The translations under genes were made by a program, and so were the position numbers. The notes beneath the pieces are model-generated. The model did not search any database, had not been told where the DNA came from, and saw only the letters and a program-made list of their open reading frames with translations. A DNA stretch of 64,000 nt. Source: Narcine bancroftii (taxonomy: Eukaryota). The stretch is from the NCBI RefSeq assembly GCF_036971445.1, contig NC_091470.1:159340001-159404000 (forward strand), given 5' to 3'. Below are positions 1 through 12,769 of the stretch, piece after piece; position 1 is the first letter of the stretch, and every line of letters starts with the position of its first letter.

Positions 1-989
1 CAAAGCGCAATTATTGATGATTTTTTTATGGAGCCACAAAAGACTACAGATGATAGAATATTGAGCTGAGAGCAAACTGCTAGAGTTGGCTTTTTTAGTT
101 TAATGTTATATCCATCACCAATATTCATTCCTTTCTCTTTTCTAGAGGCAATGACTCCTGTCAGAGTATCTTGCCCACAACTGTCCTCAGCACTTTACTG
201 AAAGGGCCATCGTTCACGAAGGGACCTAATCTTCAAGACAGTTTGTTGAAAGGCCATCTTCAAGTAAAAATCTAATCTCCTGCAGTTTATAATTTACACC
301 TCCCTTTCTTTGGTCAATTTGTGGTAGTTTGGCAATTTGCAGATATGCTTACCTTCCTATTACTGGTGCTGGCTCCATGATAACTTCCATAGTTCTCAGA
401 ATGTGGGAAATACACGTCTTCTGTGTTTCCCAACATTTTCAAATCATGTGCATGAGATTAGCCTTCCATTTCCTAATGTTCGGAGATTGGGCCCCCGCCC
501 CCACCCCAAGACTTCTTTATCAAAAAGTATATCTAATTCTGCAGAGACCAGGTTTTGAGGAGAGTAGTACCTGGTCTGAATGACTCAATTACAAGTTACC
601 TTCAATAATCTTGTATTGCACCAATTTAATGCTGAAACTTTATGGAACATCCTCATTTTAGTCAGAGCATTCAAGCATTAATAACCTTGTAATACCATGA
701 ACTACTATGTAAAACACCAACCAAAATATAGTCAAGTCTTTCACTTATATATAAAGTCCTGCCTAACTTTCCTTACTCCTTAGTACTTTGTCTTCCGGTA
801 TTTAAGCCCCCACCCAAAATTCCTCTTTGGTGTTTATACTGATACTATACATATTCTTGAAAATCTAATATATCACTTCAGCTTTAATTTCTCTTATGTA
901 GCAAAAGAAGATCAAAATATCTTTCCGATAAATGGATGACGTATAACATTTCGTCCTGTTCCACTTAAAACAACAAATTTTTTTAAAGG

Positions 990-1220
990 CATACAGTATG
1001 GTAGCAGGTCTTTTTGGCCCACGAGCCTGTGCCACCCAAATATCCCAATTACCTACAATCCTTTCATATGTTTTTTGAAGGGTGGTAGGAAACTGGAGCA
1101 CCCGGAGGAAAGCCACGCAAACACGGGGAGAACGTACAAACTCCTTACAGAGAGCACCGGATTTGAACCCGGGTCACTGGTGCTGTAACAGTGTTGCCCT
1201 AACCCCTATGCTGGCTGTGG
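990..1220 (-). mobile_element. tRNA-derived SINE (V-SINE/HE1-like)
   Basis: B-box-like GGTTCAAATCC, V-core-like gttctccccgtgtttgcgtgg and CR1-like tail; similar copies elsewhere in the window. Confidence 0.65.
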
Positions 1221-1659
1221 TGCTTTTTTTTTTCTCAAGCATTCTCCAGTCACCAAACCCATTCTACATTTCGACCACCACAACTGAGCAATCTACGTTA
1301 CAGAGTCAGATTAATGGGAGAATGAAGCATTTTGCATTGTGGTAAACTTCCCAGCCTGTTTTACACTTCCTCATTTCTGTTAAAGACAGAATTGAGATTC
1401 CTCTAGACTTTCCCATCAGGATTAGGAACAGCATAATCTGATGCAGAATAAGCCTAATATATTCTATCCCTTCACAGTACTTTAAGGCTAACCCCTTTAT
1501 GTTTCTTTCTGACAGATTTCCCAGATTACTTATCCATTGATGAGATTGATAGTTTGGTGCTCATTTTAACTGTGATTTTTTTCAGTCAAAAAAAAAAAGG
1601 CCTTAGCACCAAGAGAAACAAGTAATCCCCACACAGAAGTTCATTACAGATTAACATAC

Positions 1660-1750
1660 TTTTGCCATGATTTCTTTGGTAATGTTGCATGGATTCTTCC
1701 TGCTATTTTAATTCCTCTTTCATAGTTTGCTGCATCATGTCCAACTCTCT
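1660..1750 (-). pseudogene. CCDC30: Disrupted CCDC30-like exon (RELDMMQQTMKEELK*QEESMQH…), in-frame stop plus apparent 1-nt insertion
   Basis: cttgtag|AGA acceptor and AAA|gtatgt donor; 91 nt; TAG at 1703-1705; removing one T near 1681 gives MQHTKEIMAK and a 90-nt phase 0-0 exon. Confidence 0.6.
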
Positions 1751-2248
1751 CTACAAGACAAATCTGTTGGTGATTCAGCTTCACATCTGTAACCTTGTTC
1801 ACGACCAAGTCAAGCTGGCTTCAGTTCCTATACATTAGTGAGCATAGGTGCAATTTTGTTTGTCTCTATCACCAGATTTTGCTAACTATTTACCATTACC
1901 AATTCCATTCGGTAGGTCATGCAGAAACCTCACCTAGAAAGCAGTCTCTTTGCAAAAAGAGCAATTTCTGCCATGCAGCACAGTTACGCTTTATTGAGCA
2001 GAATTTTAACTTTCCTGTCACCTTCCATTATTAATGAAGAGAGTTTTAGAAGCAGATCCTCTGGTAGATTAGATCATAGTTCCAAGATATCATAGATTGT
2101 AATTTTGCTTCATGGTCTATGCTCAACTTCTAAAGTCATAAGTAGTCAACATTTAATAAAAAGAACAATGTAGTCAGGAAATGGAGGAAATAGAAACAAA
2201 CATATAATGAACATGGAGCTGGATTTCAAAGCACTTGTTTAAATTTAC

Positions 2249-2433
2249 CTGCAGGTGTATCCCATGGAGATTCCCAGTAACGTCTTCCACTTTTCTCTCT
2301 GCCAATTCCAATTTTTCCAGCAGTGTAGCACGCTCCACAAGGAGGTAGGCTACTTGTTCACTTGAGCCACTATGAGTTATGTCTGCTAGTCCTTCCTGAT
2401 CCAGCATCTCCTTCACTTCCTTTACTTGCATTT
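2249..2433 (-). CDS. CCDC30: CCDC30-like exon (EMQVKEVKEML…HGIHLQ)
   Basis: gtacag|AA acceptor, CAG|gtaaat donor, 185 nt, phase 1-0, matching the preceding exon. Confidence 0.78.
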
Positions 2434-3861
2434 CTGTACATCCATCAATTCAAAAAAATTTTAGTTAGAGGGGAGGTCTAATTAGATCTTTTTCAACAAG
2501 TGTTTCGCAGAAGTATAGAAAACTACACCCCAGAAACAGGCCCTTTATCCCATCGAGTCTGCACTGAATTATTCTGCCTAGTTTTATTAATCTGCACACA
2601 GACATTAGCGCCCCCACCCCCCCATCCATGTACCTGTGCAACCACTTCCACTGGCAATTTGTTCCACACTCTACCATTCTGTGTGAAGAAGATTCCTCCC
2701 CCTAATAATCCCCTTAAACATTTCACCTTTAATTCTTGTCTTATCTAACTGGTGGAAAAATCCTGCTTGCATTTTTTTTCTATCTATATCACTCCATTTT
2801 GTTTACCTCTATCAAATCTATCTAACACTCCATGGAATAAAATCCTAACCCATTTAACCTTTCCCTGTAACACATCGCCTGAAGAACTAGCAGTATTGGA
2901 AGGGACTGAGTATACAGGGATACAGGCCAAGTGCTAGTAAATGTGATTACTATCCCTGTATATGAACTTGATGGGTGGGCCAAAGGGGCCTGCTTATGTG
3001 CCATGGTACTCTAACTCTATGCTTAGCCTGATTTTACATTCCTCTCAACTTTGCAATCCAACATAAATTAAAAATAAAATACAATGGAAAATTCGGAACT
3101 TCGTGTGAGTTGCACATAATCTAATCCCAAAAATGACCCCTGATGCTGTCATTGCTAAATAATCCTGAACGTGCACTGTGGCATTGCATCATCAAGTGTG
3201 GAATTTTCACTTGAGCATCTGCAACCATTCTTTCAGAAGCAGGTTTTCAACTTCACAGTTCTCGCATTCCTCAACTGACCACCCCTTTTCCCAATGATCT
3301 CTATTGTAAAAGGCCCTCTCTTCCTCCTTTGTCTCTACCCCAACACAATTTTTGCCGGATTCCAACTGATCCTGGCACACCTAACCCATTTACAAACTGT
3401 AAAATTCATAAATTCTATTACCTGTACTTGATGGTGCTTTTTTTTAAAAATCATCTTCATGTGTACTCTTCACTTAACACAGGGCTACAACATCAGAGGG
3501 GTTACAATACAATGCTTGCAAATCATATTTGCATTATAAATATAAACATAATAACATTTAATGGAAACATTTAAAAGTAAATTGGAATGTGCAAAACAGA
3601 ATTTAATTGTCTCCAACATGCTGAATCCATACATTTCTTATTTTAGTCAGCTTTACCTTGTCTCCATATTGGTGACACCCCAAATATTTACTAATATTTG
3701 AAAATCTTTTGTATTAGTCAAGAAACTATATAGCTATAAGATTTGATGCCAAGAATAACCCCTAGAGTATCACTCCTAGTTTCACTCTGACCTCCAGCTA
3801 CATCGCTGCAGAAGCCACCAAGTGATTGGTAATATAAATAAAAACATCAAGCCCTCTGATC

Positions 3862-4070
3862 ACACTGGACAACAAAGATTTTGCTTCCTGAACACTTTTG
3901 GGTGTATTTTATGGATTTTGGGCTACTGATCATGAAAATCACCTTAACTTTTTCCTATCATGTACTTTTTTTTTTAGATATAACCTATTTTTGTGATTCT
4001 TCTGTTATATTTTAAGTCTACTTCAAGCATATATAGCCATGAAGTTCAACATGTCCTCGAAAATATACAA
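3862..4070. mobile_element. Terminal fragment of a Chapaev3-like DNA transposon
   Basis: Begins cactggacaa…ttcctgaacacttttgg, matching the reverse complement of the right end of the 50501-51031 element. Confidence 0.5.
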
Positions 4071-4579
4071 ATTTCTTAACATTTGATTTGTTAAGCTCAT
4101 AAAAAGGATGATTTCTCCAGCTGTAGATTTTAGAATGAAGAATTCATATCTCAGGTCAATGGATTAGTTTTAGGCTCACAGCTAGATTGGGCAATAATAT
4201 TTTTTCAAGTATTAAAAGAAACCAAGGATATGGGTATATGATGGGAATATAAAGCTGATCATGATCCTATTGAATGACAGAGCAGTCTCAATGAATCACG
4301 TGGCTCACACTTGTTTGTACTCCTAGTTCATAAGGTTCTTTCTCACTTCATTGGATGATTAAAAGCATTTTTTAAAAGGGGCAAAGTTTGGCCTTTAGTC
4401 AAGCTGTGACAAAATCTAACGCTATGCATTAATCCTAGATACTTGCACACAAGGCTACTGAGCAAGAGAAAGGTGATGAAAATGTGAGAAGGCCACAATC
4501 CGTTTCTAAATGTAACAATCGCAGAAAAATGTCAGTGATCTTGTGTCAAAGCAAAGTTGAAGGGTCACCACATACTGAC

Positions 4580-4700
4580 CTTGCTCCTGCTTCAGCTGTT
4601 GTAGTTGTGCCCTCAGCAATTCATTTTCCCGCTCATTTTCAGCCATCACTGCCTCACGCTCCACCAACAAATTGCGGATATGATCCACATAATTCTCTAC
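4580..4700 (-). CDS. CCDC30: CCDC30-like exon (VENYVDHIRNLL…QLKQEQ)
   Basis: ttctgcag|GTA acceptor, AAG|gtcagt donor, 121 nt, phase 0-1. Confidence 0.78.
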
Positions 4701-6651
4701 CTGCAGAAATAAGACCATTCTATGTCACTTCTGTAGAGATCTGATGAGAGAACAAAGAAGAATGAGTTGAACAGAAAAACTGGAACAACAAAAAAGGAGA
4801 CGGTCAGGTAAAAGGACAAGTTGATGTCAAGTAACGGCTGACATTTGCTTAGGCAGTGTGGAAAGGTTGCTGTGGCAATTAGCAGCTTTACTATCCCTGA
4901 CGCCAACATAAAGAGGTAGTTTTGAGAAATTGTATACCAGGAAGAGACTGGTGCATAAGAAATTATGAGAACTCATAATAATTTGCAATGAGTAAAGAAA
5001 CATAAAAAGGTAAAGTCAGGTGTGTATTTATTTATTTTTTCATAATAATAAATTTTGAATGTAAACATATGGAAGAGTCAACATGACCATATAATTGTAA
5101 CATCAAAGCAATATTTCGAACATTTAAAGAAATGATATAAAAAAAGTGTCATATGTGTTGATCAATGGATGCAACTCCAGAGAAAACAATTGCAGAAGAA
5201 GACCTCAAGTCTCTTATTTGAGGATACTTCGCTACATCAGACCCTGGCTAAATTTATCTGGAGTGGGTAATATGTGATTACAATGAATGAGTTTTGGGGA
5301 TTGTGAAGTAGATGATTTAAATAATTTGAGTTTGTACTACATATTGTACTAATAAAGAAATACAGTTAAAAGGCAAAGTCATGTCTGGTACGCTTTGCAG
5401 TGTGCTACATTTAATCGGCATTTTAATTAACAACACTTTGGAGGCAATCTAGCTATTCAAGGGAGAGTGAAATAACTATAGACCTGTTGAGAAAAGGCTA
5501 GAATCCATTTTTCATAAGTTTACCAAGGTTTCCGATGTCATACTGAACCTCTACGAACTCCTGAAGAAGCGGAGGCACTGACGTGTTTTCTTCACAATGA
5601 CATTGGTATGATGGTTCCAGGAAAGGTAATTAACTCACAAGAATTTAAATCTGCTCATTTTGTCCACACTGATCCCCAAACGATTACTGGATTGTACACC
5701 CACTGGTTTTCCTTTCCTTGAGCCTACAATCAGGTCCTTGATCTTGGTGACATTAAGTGAGAGCTTGTTGTTAGTTCACTATTCAGTCAGTTTTCAATCT
5801 CCTTCCTCTATGCTAACTCATCACCCTTTCATATATAGCTCACTATGTGGGGGGGGGGGGAAAGGAATATCATCAGAAAAATTGTAAATGTTGTTATCAT
5901 TCCAAGTTACACAGTCATAGTTGTAAAGAGGGAAGAGCAGGGGAAATAAGTACTCAACCGTGTGATGTTCAGTGTTGATGGAGATTGTGGAGTAGATGTT
6001 CTTGCTAATCTGCACTGATCTGGGTCTGGATGTGAGGTCCAGTTGGCAAGGAGCGAAGAAGCGGGAGCATGCTGTGCTGAACAGACGTGAGTAGAGTGGT
6101 CCTAATTTATCTATTTATTTAAAAAGTCAGGTGTGTATTTATTTATTTAAATTGTAAGGGGAAGGGCTTGTTGGTGTAAATTTAAAGTTAAAGTAGTTAA
6201 TTTAATTTTAAGTTAAAATTTAATAGGGGAGGGGGCTAGTGCACAGGCGTGTGGTGACGTCAGCAGGGAGGGAGTTTTAAAATCAAAGAAAACCTTACCT
6301 CAGTTGAGGTCCAGTTGGCAAGGAGTGAAGAGGCGGGAGCGTGCTGTGCTGAACGGACGTGAGTAGAGTGGTCATTTAGTCTTAATTAAGAGTTAATAAT
6401 TTAGGTGGGGATTGCTGTTCAGTGCAGAGACAGTAATTGAATAGGGAGTGCAGGTGGGAGTAATTAAAGGAAACTGGTTAGGATTGGACAGTGCTAGTGG
6501 TCACATTGGGTAGTGTATTAAAGTAAAGGAAAGGTTTTTGGGAGTGGCAGTGAGAGAGCAGCCCAAGCGAGTGAGTGGGAGCACAGGTTGAGGATGAGTC
6601 ACTGCACATTAAGGTAAGATAGTCTTTATTACTACTTCGTTGGGGTAAAGG

Positions 6652-7588
6652 ATGAGTGTTAGGGCTGTGTGTTGTTGGGAGTGCCAGATGTGGGAGGCCC
6701 TGGAGTCTTCAAGACTCCCGGATGTCCATATCTGCACTAGGTGTGTTGAGCTGCAGATTCTTAGGGACCGTGTTAGGGAACTAGAGCTGCAGCTCGATGA
6801 CCTCAGGCTGGTTAGGGAAACAGAGGAAGTCATAGACAGGAGTTACACCCAGGTGGTCACGCCAGGGCCACAGGAGGAGGAAAGGTGGGTAACAGTTAGG
6901 AGAGGGACAGAAAAACGTAAGGTGCCAGAGAGGAGCCCTATGACTGTAACCCTCAGCAATAAGTACGCCTCTTTGAGTACTGTTGAGGAGTACATCAAAG
7001 TTGGGGGGAGCAGCAGTGGCTGTGCCTCTGGCACGGGGTCAGCCCCTGTAGCTCAGAAAGGTAGGGAAAGGAAGAGGAGGGCAATAGTGGTAGGGGACTC
7101 CATAGTTAAGAGGACAGATAGGGGATTCTGTGGACGCAGCAAGGAGAACCAGATGGTGGTTTGCCTCCCTGGTGCCAGGGTCCGGGATGTTGCTGCTCGT
7201 GTCCCGGATATCCTAAAGTGGGAGGGACAGGAGCCAGAGGTCGTGGTACATGTAGGTACCAATGACATAGGGAGGAATAGAGAAGAGGTCCTAAAAAGTG
7301 AGTACAGGCAGTTAGGTAGGGAGTTAAAAAGAAGGACCGCAAAGGGGGTAATCTCTGGATTACTCCCTGTGCCACGTGACAGTGAGAATAGAAATAGAAT
7401 GAGGTGGAGGATTAACACGTAGCTGAAGGGGTGGAGTAAGGGGCAGGGTTTCAAGTTTCTGGATCACTGGGACCTTTTTTGGGGAAAATGTGACCTGTAC
7501 AGTAAGGACAGGTTACACTTAAATCCCAGGGGGGCCAGAATCCTGGCAGGGGTATTTGCTAGGGCTACTCGGGATCCTTTAAACTAGA
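6652..7588 (+). pseudogene. CR1 ORF1: Cys-rich/leucine-zipper N-terminus plus SGNH esterase domain
   Basis: CxxCxxW…CxxC, GDS, GTND and DRLHL motifs; premature TAG at 7420-7422 with homology continuing in frame. Confidence 0.88.
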
Positions 7589-7592
7589 ATGT

Positions 7593-10418
7593 TTGGGGGG
7601 AGGGAGCAAAATAGTACAGAGCAGTAAGGAGAAGGTTAGAATGCAAACAAAGAAAGTTTGTAGTAAGTATTTGAATATGGATGGGCAGGTGATAGAGAAA
7701 GGAAATACTCTGGAAGAAGATGAAGGGCAATTGGCAGAAAAAGGAAATAATGTTGTTATTAAAGATGAGGGAAAACAGGGATTAAGAATTGGGAAATCTC
7801 TGAAATTCATATATTTTAATGCCAGGAGTATTGTAAAAAAGGTGGATGAGCTGAAGGTGTGGATTGATACTTGGAAGTATGATGTGGTAGGATAGATTAG
7901 AGGGCTCGTCCATGGAGGCTATTTGGGTGGAACTGAGGAGTGGGAAAGGAGAGGTTACACTTGTAGGGGTGTATTATAGATCACCTGGAGGGGACCGAGA
8001 CCTAGAGGAGCAAATCTGTAGGGAGGTAGTGGATATTTGTGATAAGCACAGGGTTGTAATTATGGGAGATTTTAATTTTCCACATATAGATTGGGAAACA
8101 TTCTGTGAAAGGGCTGGATGGGTTAGACTTTGTGAAATGTGTGCAAATAGTTTTTTACAAAAATATGTAGAGGTGCTGACCAGAGAAGGAGCAGTGTTAG
8201 ATCTACTGTTGGCAAATGGGGTGGGTCAAGTGACGGAGGTTAGTGTGGGCGAGTACTTCGGGTCCAGTGATCATAATGCCATCAGCTTCAATGTCATTAT
8301 GGAAAGAGATAAGTCAGGGCCAAGGGTTGAGGTTTTTGATTGGGGAAAAGCTAGATTTGAGGAGATGCGAAAGGACTTACAGGGTGTGCATTGGGACAAT
8401 TTGTTTTATAGGCAGGATGTAGTAGAGAGATGGAAGTCTTTTAAAGATCAGATTTTGAGAGTGCAAAAGCTTTATATTCCTGTTAAGTTAAAAGGAGGGG
8501 CAAAAGGTTTGAGAGAGCCATGGTTTTCAAGGAATATTGGAAACTTGGTTCGAAGAAAAAGGGAGGCGTACATTAGGTATAAGAAGCATGGAATTAAGGA
8601 GATGTTTGAAAAATACATTGAATGTAAGAGGAATCTTAAGAGAGGAATTAGGAAAGCTAAAAGAAGGTACGAGGAGACTATAGCAAGCAGGGTGAAAATT
8701 AATCCAAAAGGGTTCTACAAATATGTTAATGGTAAAAGAAAAGCGAGAGACAAAATTGGTCCCTTAGAGAATCAGAGCGGAAAACTGTGTGTGGAGCCTA
8801 ATAGATATTGAAGTTTATTTTCTTCGGTATTCACCAAGGAGAAGGAAATTGGGATATGTGAGATAAAAAAAGCAAATTGGGTAAATATGCAGAATATAGT
8901 GATTACGAAAGATGTAGTGTTAGGGCTTTTGAGGAATATAAAGGTAGATAAGTCTCCGGGACCAGACGGGATCTTCCCCAGGACATTGAGAGAAGTAAAG
9001 GAGGAAATAGCAGAGGCTCTGACAGTAATGTCATTAGAGATGGGGATAGTGCCGGAGGATTGGCGTATTGCGCATGTGGTTCCGTTATTTAAAAAGGGTT
9101 CAAGGAAGAAGCCTGGGAATTATTGGCCTGTAAGTTTGACATCTGTGGTAGGTAAATTAATAGAGAAAGTTCTTAGAGATAGTACTTATAAATATCTGGA
9201 TAGACAGGGTCTGATCAGGAGCACTCAACACGGATTTGTGGGCGGAAGGTCCTGTTTGACCAATCTGATTGAATTTTTTGAAGAGGTGACTAGGAATGTG
9301 GATGAGGGTAGCGCGGTGGATGTTGTCTACATGGACTTCAGTAAGGCCTTCGATAAGGTACCACATGGAAGGTTAGTTAGGAAGGTGCAGTCTTTAGGTA
9401 TAAATTTTGGATTGAACATTGGCTGAAGGAGAGAGGCCAGAGAGTGGTAGTGGATAATTGTCTGTCAGGTTGGAGGCCGGTGACCGGTGGTGTGCGTCAG
9501 GGATCTGTATTGGGCCCATTGTTGTTCGTTATATACATTAATGATCTAGATGATGGGGTGGTGAATTGGATTAGTAAATATGCAGACGATACTAAGATAG
9601 GTGGAATAGTGGATAATGAAGAAGGTTTTCAAGGATTGCAGAGGGATTTGGGCTGCTTAGAAAAGTGGGCTGAAAAATGGCAGATGGAATTTAATGCTGA
9701 TAAGTGTGAGGTGCTTCATTTTGGTAAGAAGAATCAGAACAGGACATAAGTAGTAAATGGGAGAGCATTGATGAATACAGAAGAGCAGAAAGATTTAGGA
9801 GTAACGGTACATCGTTCCCTGAAGGTAGAAACTCATGTGAATAGGGTGGTGAAGAAGGCTTTTAGTATGCTGGCCTTTATCAATCATTGCATGGAATATA
9901 GGAGTTGGGAAGTGATGTTGAGATTGTATAAGGCGTTGGTGCGGCCTAATTTAGAGTTCTGTGTGCAGTTCTGGTCGCCTAATTATAGGAAGGATATAAA
10001 CAGAGTGGAGAGAGTGCAGAGATTTACCAGAATGTTACCTGGGTTTAAGCATCTAGAGTACAGGGAGAGATTGGGCAGATTAGGTCTTTATTCTTTGGAG
10101 CGTAGAAGGTTGAGAGGGGATTTGATAGAGGTATTTAAGATTATGAAAGGGATAGACAGAGTGGATGTGGATAGACTATTTCCGTTAAGAGTAGGAGAGA
10201 TTGAAACAAGAGGACATGAGTTAAGAGTTAAGGGGCAGAGGTTTAGAGGTAACATGAGGGGGAACTTCTTTACTCAGAGAGTGGTAGCGGTGTGGAATGA
10301 GCTTCCGGGAGAAATAGTGGCGGCAGAGTCAATTTTATTATTTAAGAAAAAGTTAGACAGGTGTATGAATGAGAAGAAGGCGGAGGGTTATGGTCATTGT
10401 GCAGGTAGGTGGGACTAG
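7593..10418 (+). pseudogene. CR1 ORF2 (endonuclease and reverse transcriptase), frameshifted with an internal deletion
   Basis: FNARSI, GDFNFP, SDHN, KSPGPDG, DFSKAFDKV, QGSVLGP and YADD spread over five ORF fragments. Confidence 0.92.
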
Positions 10419-11231
10419 AGAGGAGTGTTTGGTTTGGTGCAGACTAGAAGGGCCTAATGGCCTGTTTCCGTGCTGTAATTATTATATATGTTATATGTTA
10501 TCCAATTGCACAGTAGGATATTGAGGCCCAGGTCTTAGTGATTTCTGATTAGTTTTGAAGGGAATGATGGTATTGAATGCCGAAATGTAATCCACAAAGA
10601 GATTTGTGATGTACAAGTCTTTGCTGTCCTGATGTTCCAGGATTTTGTGCATAGCCAGTGAGATGGCATCTGCCGTATACATGTATGGCAAATTGGAATG
10701 GATTTGTGCCACTGCTCAGGCAGGAGCTGATATACTTGAACACCAGCCTCTCAAAGAACTTCATCATTGTGGATGTGAGTGCCAGTGGTTGATAGTCTTT
10801 TAGGCATGTCACCACATTTTCTTGGTCATGTGATGACATGGGTATGATTGAGGCCTGTTTTTGTTTTTTTTTAAAACAGGTGGGTAGCTCACTCTTGTCA
10901 GTGAGATGTTGAAGATATCCATGAATATATTGGCCAGTTAGTCAGTACAGGTTTACTGTACTCGGCCAGGTACTCCATCTGGACCAGATGCTTTCTATGG
11001 ATTCATTCTACTGAAGGCAGACTACACGTCATCTTCGGATACTGACTGGAGGGGATCATCAGGAGACATGGGATGTGCAGTGGACCATCCTTGTTTTGGT
11101 GGTCAAATCAAGCACAGAAGCCATTGAGTTCATCTAGGAGTGAAGCTTCGCTGTCTCCTACTGCACCGGATTTGATTTTGCAGCAGGTTATGTCATTTAG
11201 GCCCTGCCCCAGCTTTTGGGTATCCTTCATT

Positions 11232-11626
11232 AGCCCCTTTCACACTGCCAATGCTCCTAGGAAACGGGAAAACTTACCGGGCATGCGGCACTTGGGATCC
11301 TTTCCCACTGCACTGTGATTTACCTGGTTAATCAGCAACCCGGCATTTTAAGGGCGGGGGGGGGGGGGGGGGGTGGGTCTTGTTTCCAGCAGTGACAATG
11401 TGAGAGCAGGTTGTGCTTTCACACTGCCAGAAGGCGATTAGCCTTCTCAGCCGGGCACTAGCATTTTTCCCCACCAAATGTCAGTGCCAAGTTGAATTTA
11501 ACAGGATTTTAACTTGCCCTGCCAGAGTGGGACATTCCAGGTGTGGAATATACCGCACGATTACCAGGAATGGACCCACTAAAATAGCCGGTTAACCCAC
11601 ATGGAATCGGCGATGTGAAAGGGGCT
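11232..11626. mobile_element. PIF/Harbinger-like MITE
   Basis: TIR agcccctttcaca…tgtgaaaggggct with a 3-bp flanking direct repeat (att). Confidence 0.7.
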
Positions 11627-12135
11627 ATTGTTTCCATTCTCATTTGGAATCTCCACTTCACCTTTCTGTAGATCCCTCCTGCTCCTTGTGTAGTGTTCTG
11701 AATTTCCAGACCTTTGGGTCTGTGATCTGGCTCTCAGCAGGTTCCAGACTTCATTGTTCATCCAAGGCTTCTGACTGGGGAAAACCCTGAACAATTTGGT
11801 GGGGACAAACTCATCCACAGCTGTTTTGATAAAGTCAGAGCTTTTTCCCATCATTTTTGTTGCCTTAATAGTCAAACATCAAACTGAATAACAATGACAG
11901 AATTGGCCAAGTTATCAACTTACAAGAAATACAGCTGGTACTTTGGGGTGGGAGTGGGGGAAGGAAGGATCAGGCACACCAATCAACAGAGTGAAAAATT
12001 TAGCATGGAAACAATTGCTCATATACATTTAATCTGATAAAAGTTACAGGGATAGAGAAGGTAAAAGGCAAACTGTCACAGAAAAGATTTTTTTTGATCG
12101 TTTTCAACATCTCACATGTATGCCATAGATCCCAC

Positions 12136-12321
12136 CTCCATCATCTCGGTGGCCTGTTGCTTTTGCAACCCATTCAGATCTTGCTTGGTGGCTTGTAGCT
12201 TTGCCTCAGATCGTTGGTAGATATGCCAGAGATGACAGAGATGTTCATTTGCACTACAGGCTTTAGTGTTAATTCCATCTTCCTTCAATCTGTTCAATAT
12301 ATCTTCCAATTCCACTTTCTC
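12136..12321 (-). CDS. CCDC30: CCDC30-like exon (EKVELEDILNRL…QQATEMME)
   Basis: tttccag|GAG acceptor, GAG|gtggga donor, 186 nt, phase 0-0; lies within ORF 12112..12360. Confidence 0.75.
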
Positions 12322-12769
12322 CTGGAAAGAAATAGTAGAATCAGGGACAGTTTGCTGCATATAATTTTATATTATAAAAAGCCTAACTCTCCCTTCAACA
12401 TGACAACATTTTCAAAGATGTGATTCTCTATCAATAAATCGCATTTCATGTTGCACTTCATCCAGATCTCTGGGAGAGGCAGTGAGAGAAAATCCAATAC
12501 ACTTAGAACACATAAGGTTGCATCAGTTCAGTGATGAGATTTTCCCACAAAGTATTATTTGGTCTTCAAAAAAGACCATCAGTTTTCAGTGCCCAAGCAG
12601 CCTTACTGGGGCTAGAGTTACCAACCTGATCAAAGGCCAAATGGTTCATTAAGATGCTTCAAGAAAGGAACGTGCTACTTTGTTCGGACTCTAATGAAGA
12701 AGAAAGTTATCATTCCTCTCCAATTATATAGAGTTCCAGTAAAACCACACCTGGAATACTAAGTCCAAA

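Larger units (their letters stand above)
6033..10500 (+). mobile_element. Near full-length CR1 LINE, inactivated, in a CCDC30 intron (antisense to the gene)
   Basis: 5' UTR, ORF1, ORF2 (APE endonuclease and RT with YADD) and a 3' end gggcctaatggcctgtttccgtgctgta followed by a TATGT-type tail. Confidence 0.95.
5540..11850 (-). mobile_element. Degraded Rex1/Babar-like LINE, split by a CR1 (6033-10500) and a MITE (11232-11626)
   Basis: Peptides DYQPLALTSTMMKFFERLV, ADAISLA…FVDYISAFNTIIP and FPSQKPWMN; host sequence resumes across both insertions. Confidence 0.75.

Noticed and set aside
345-420. Strong minus-strand donor (AAG|gtaagc) as a further CCDC30 exon
   Set aside because: No clear acceptor, and the peptide is not coiled-coil-like.
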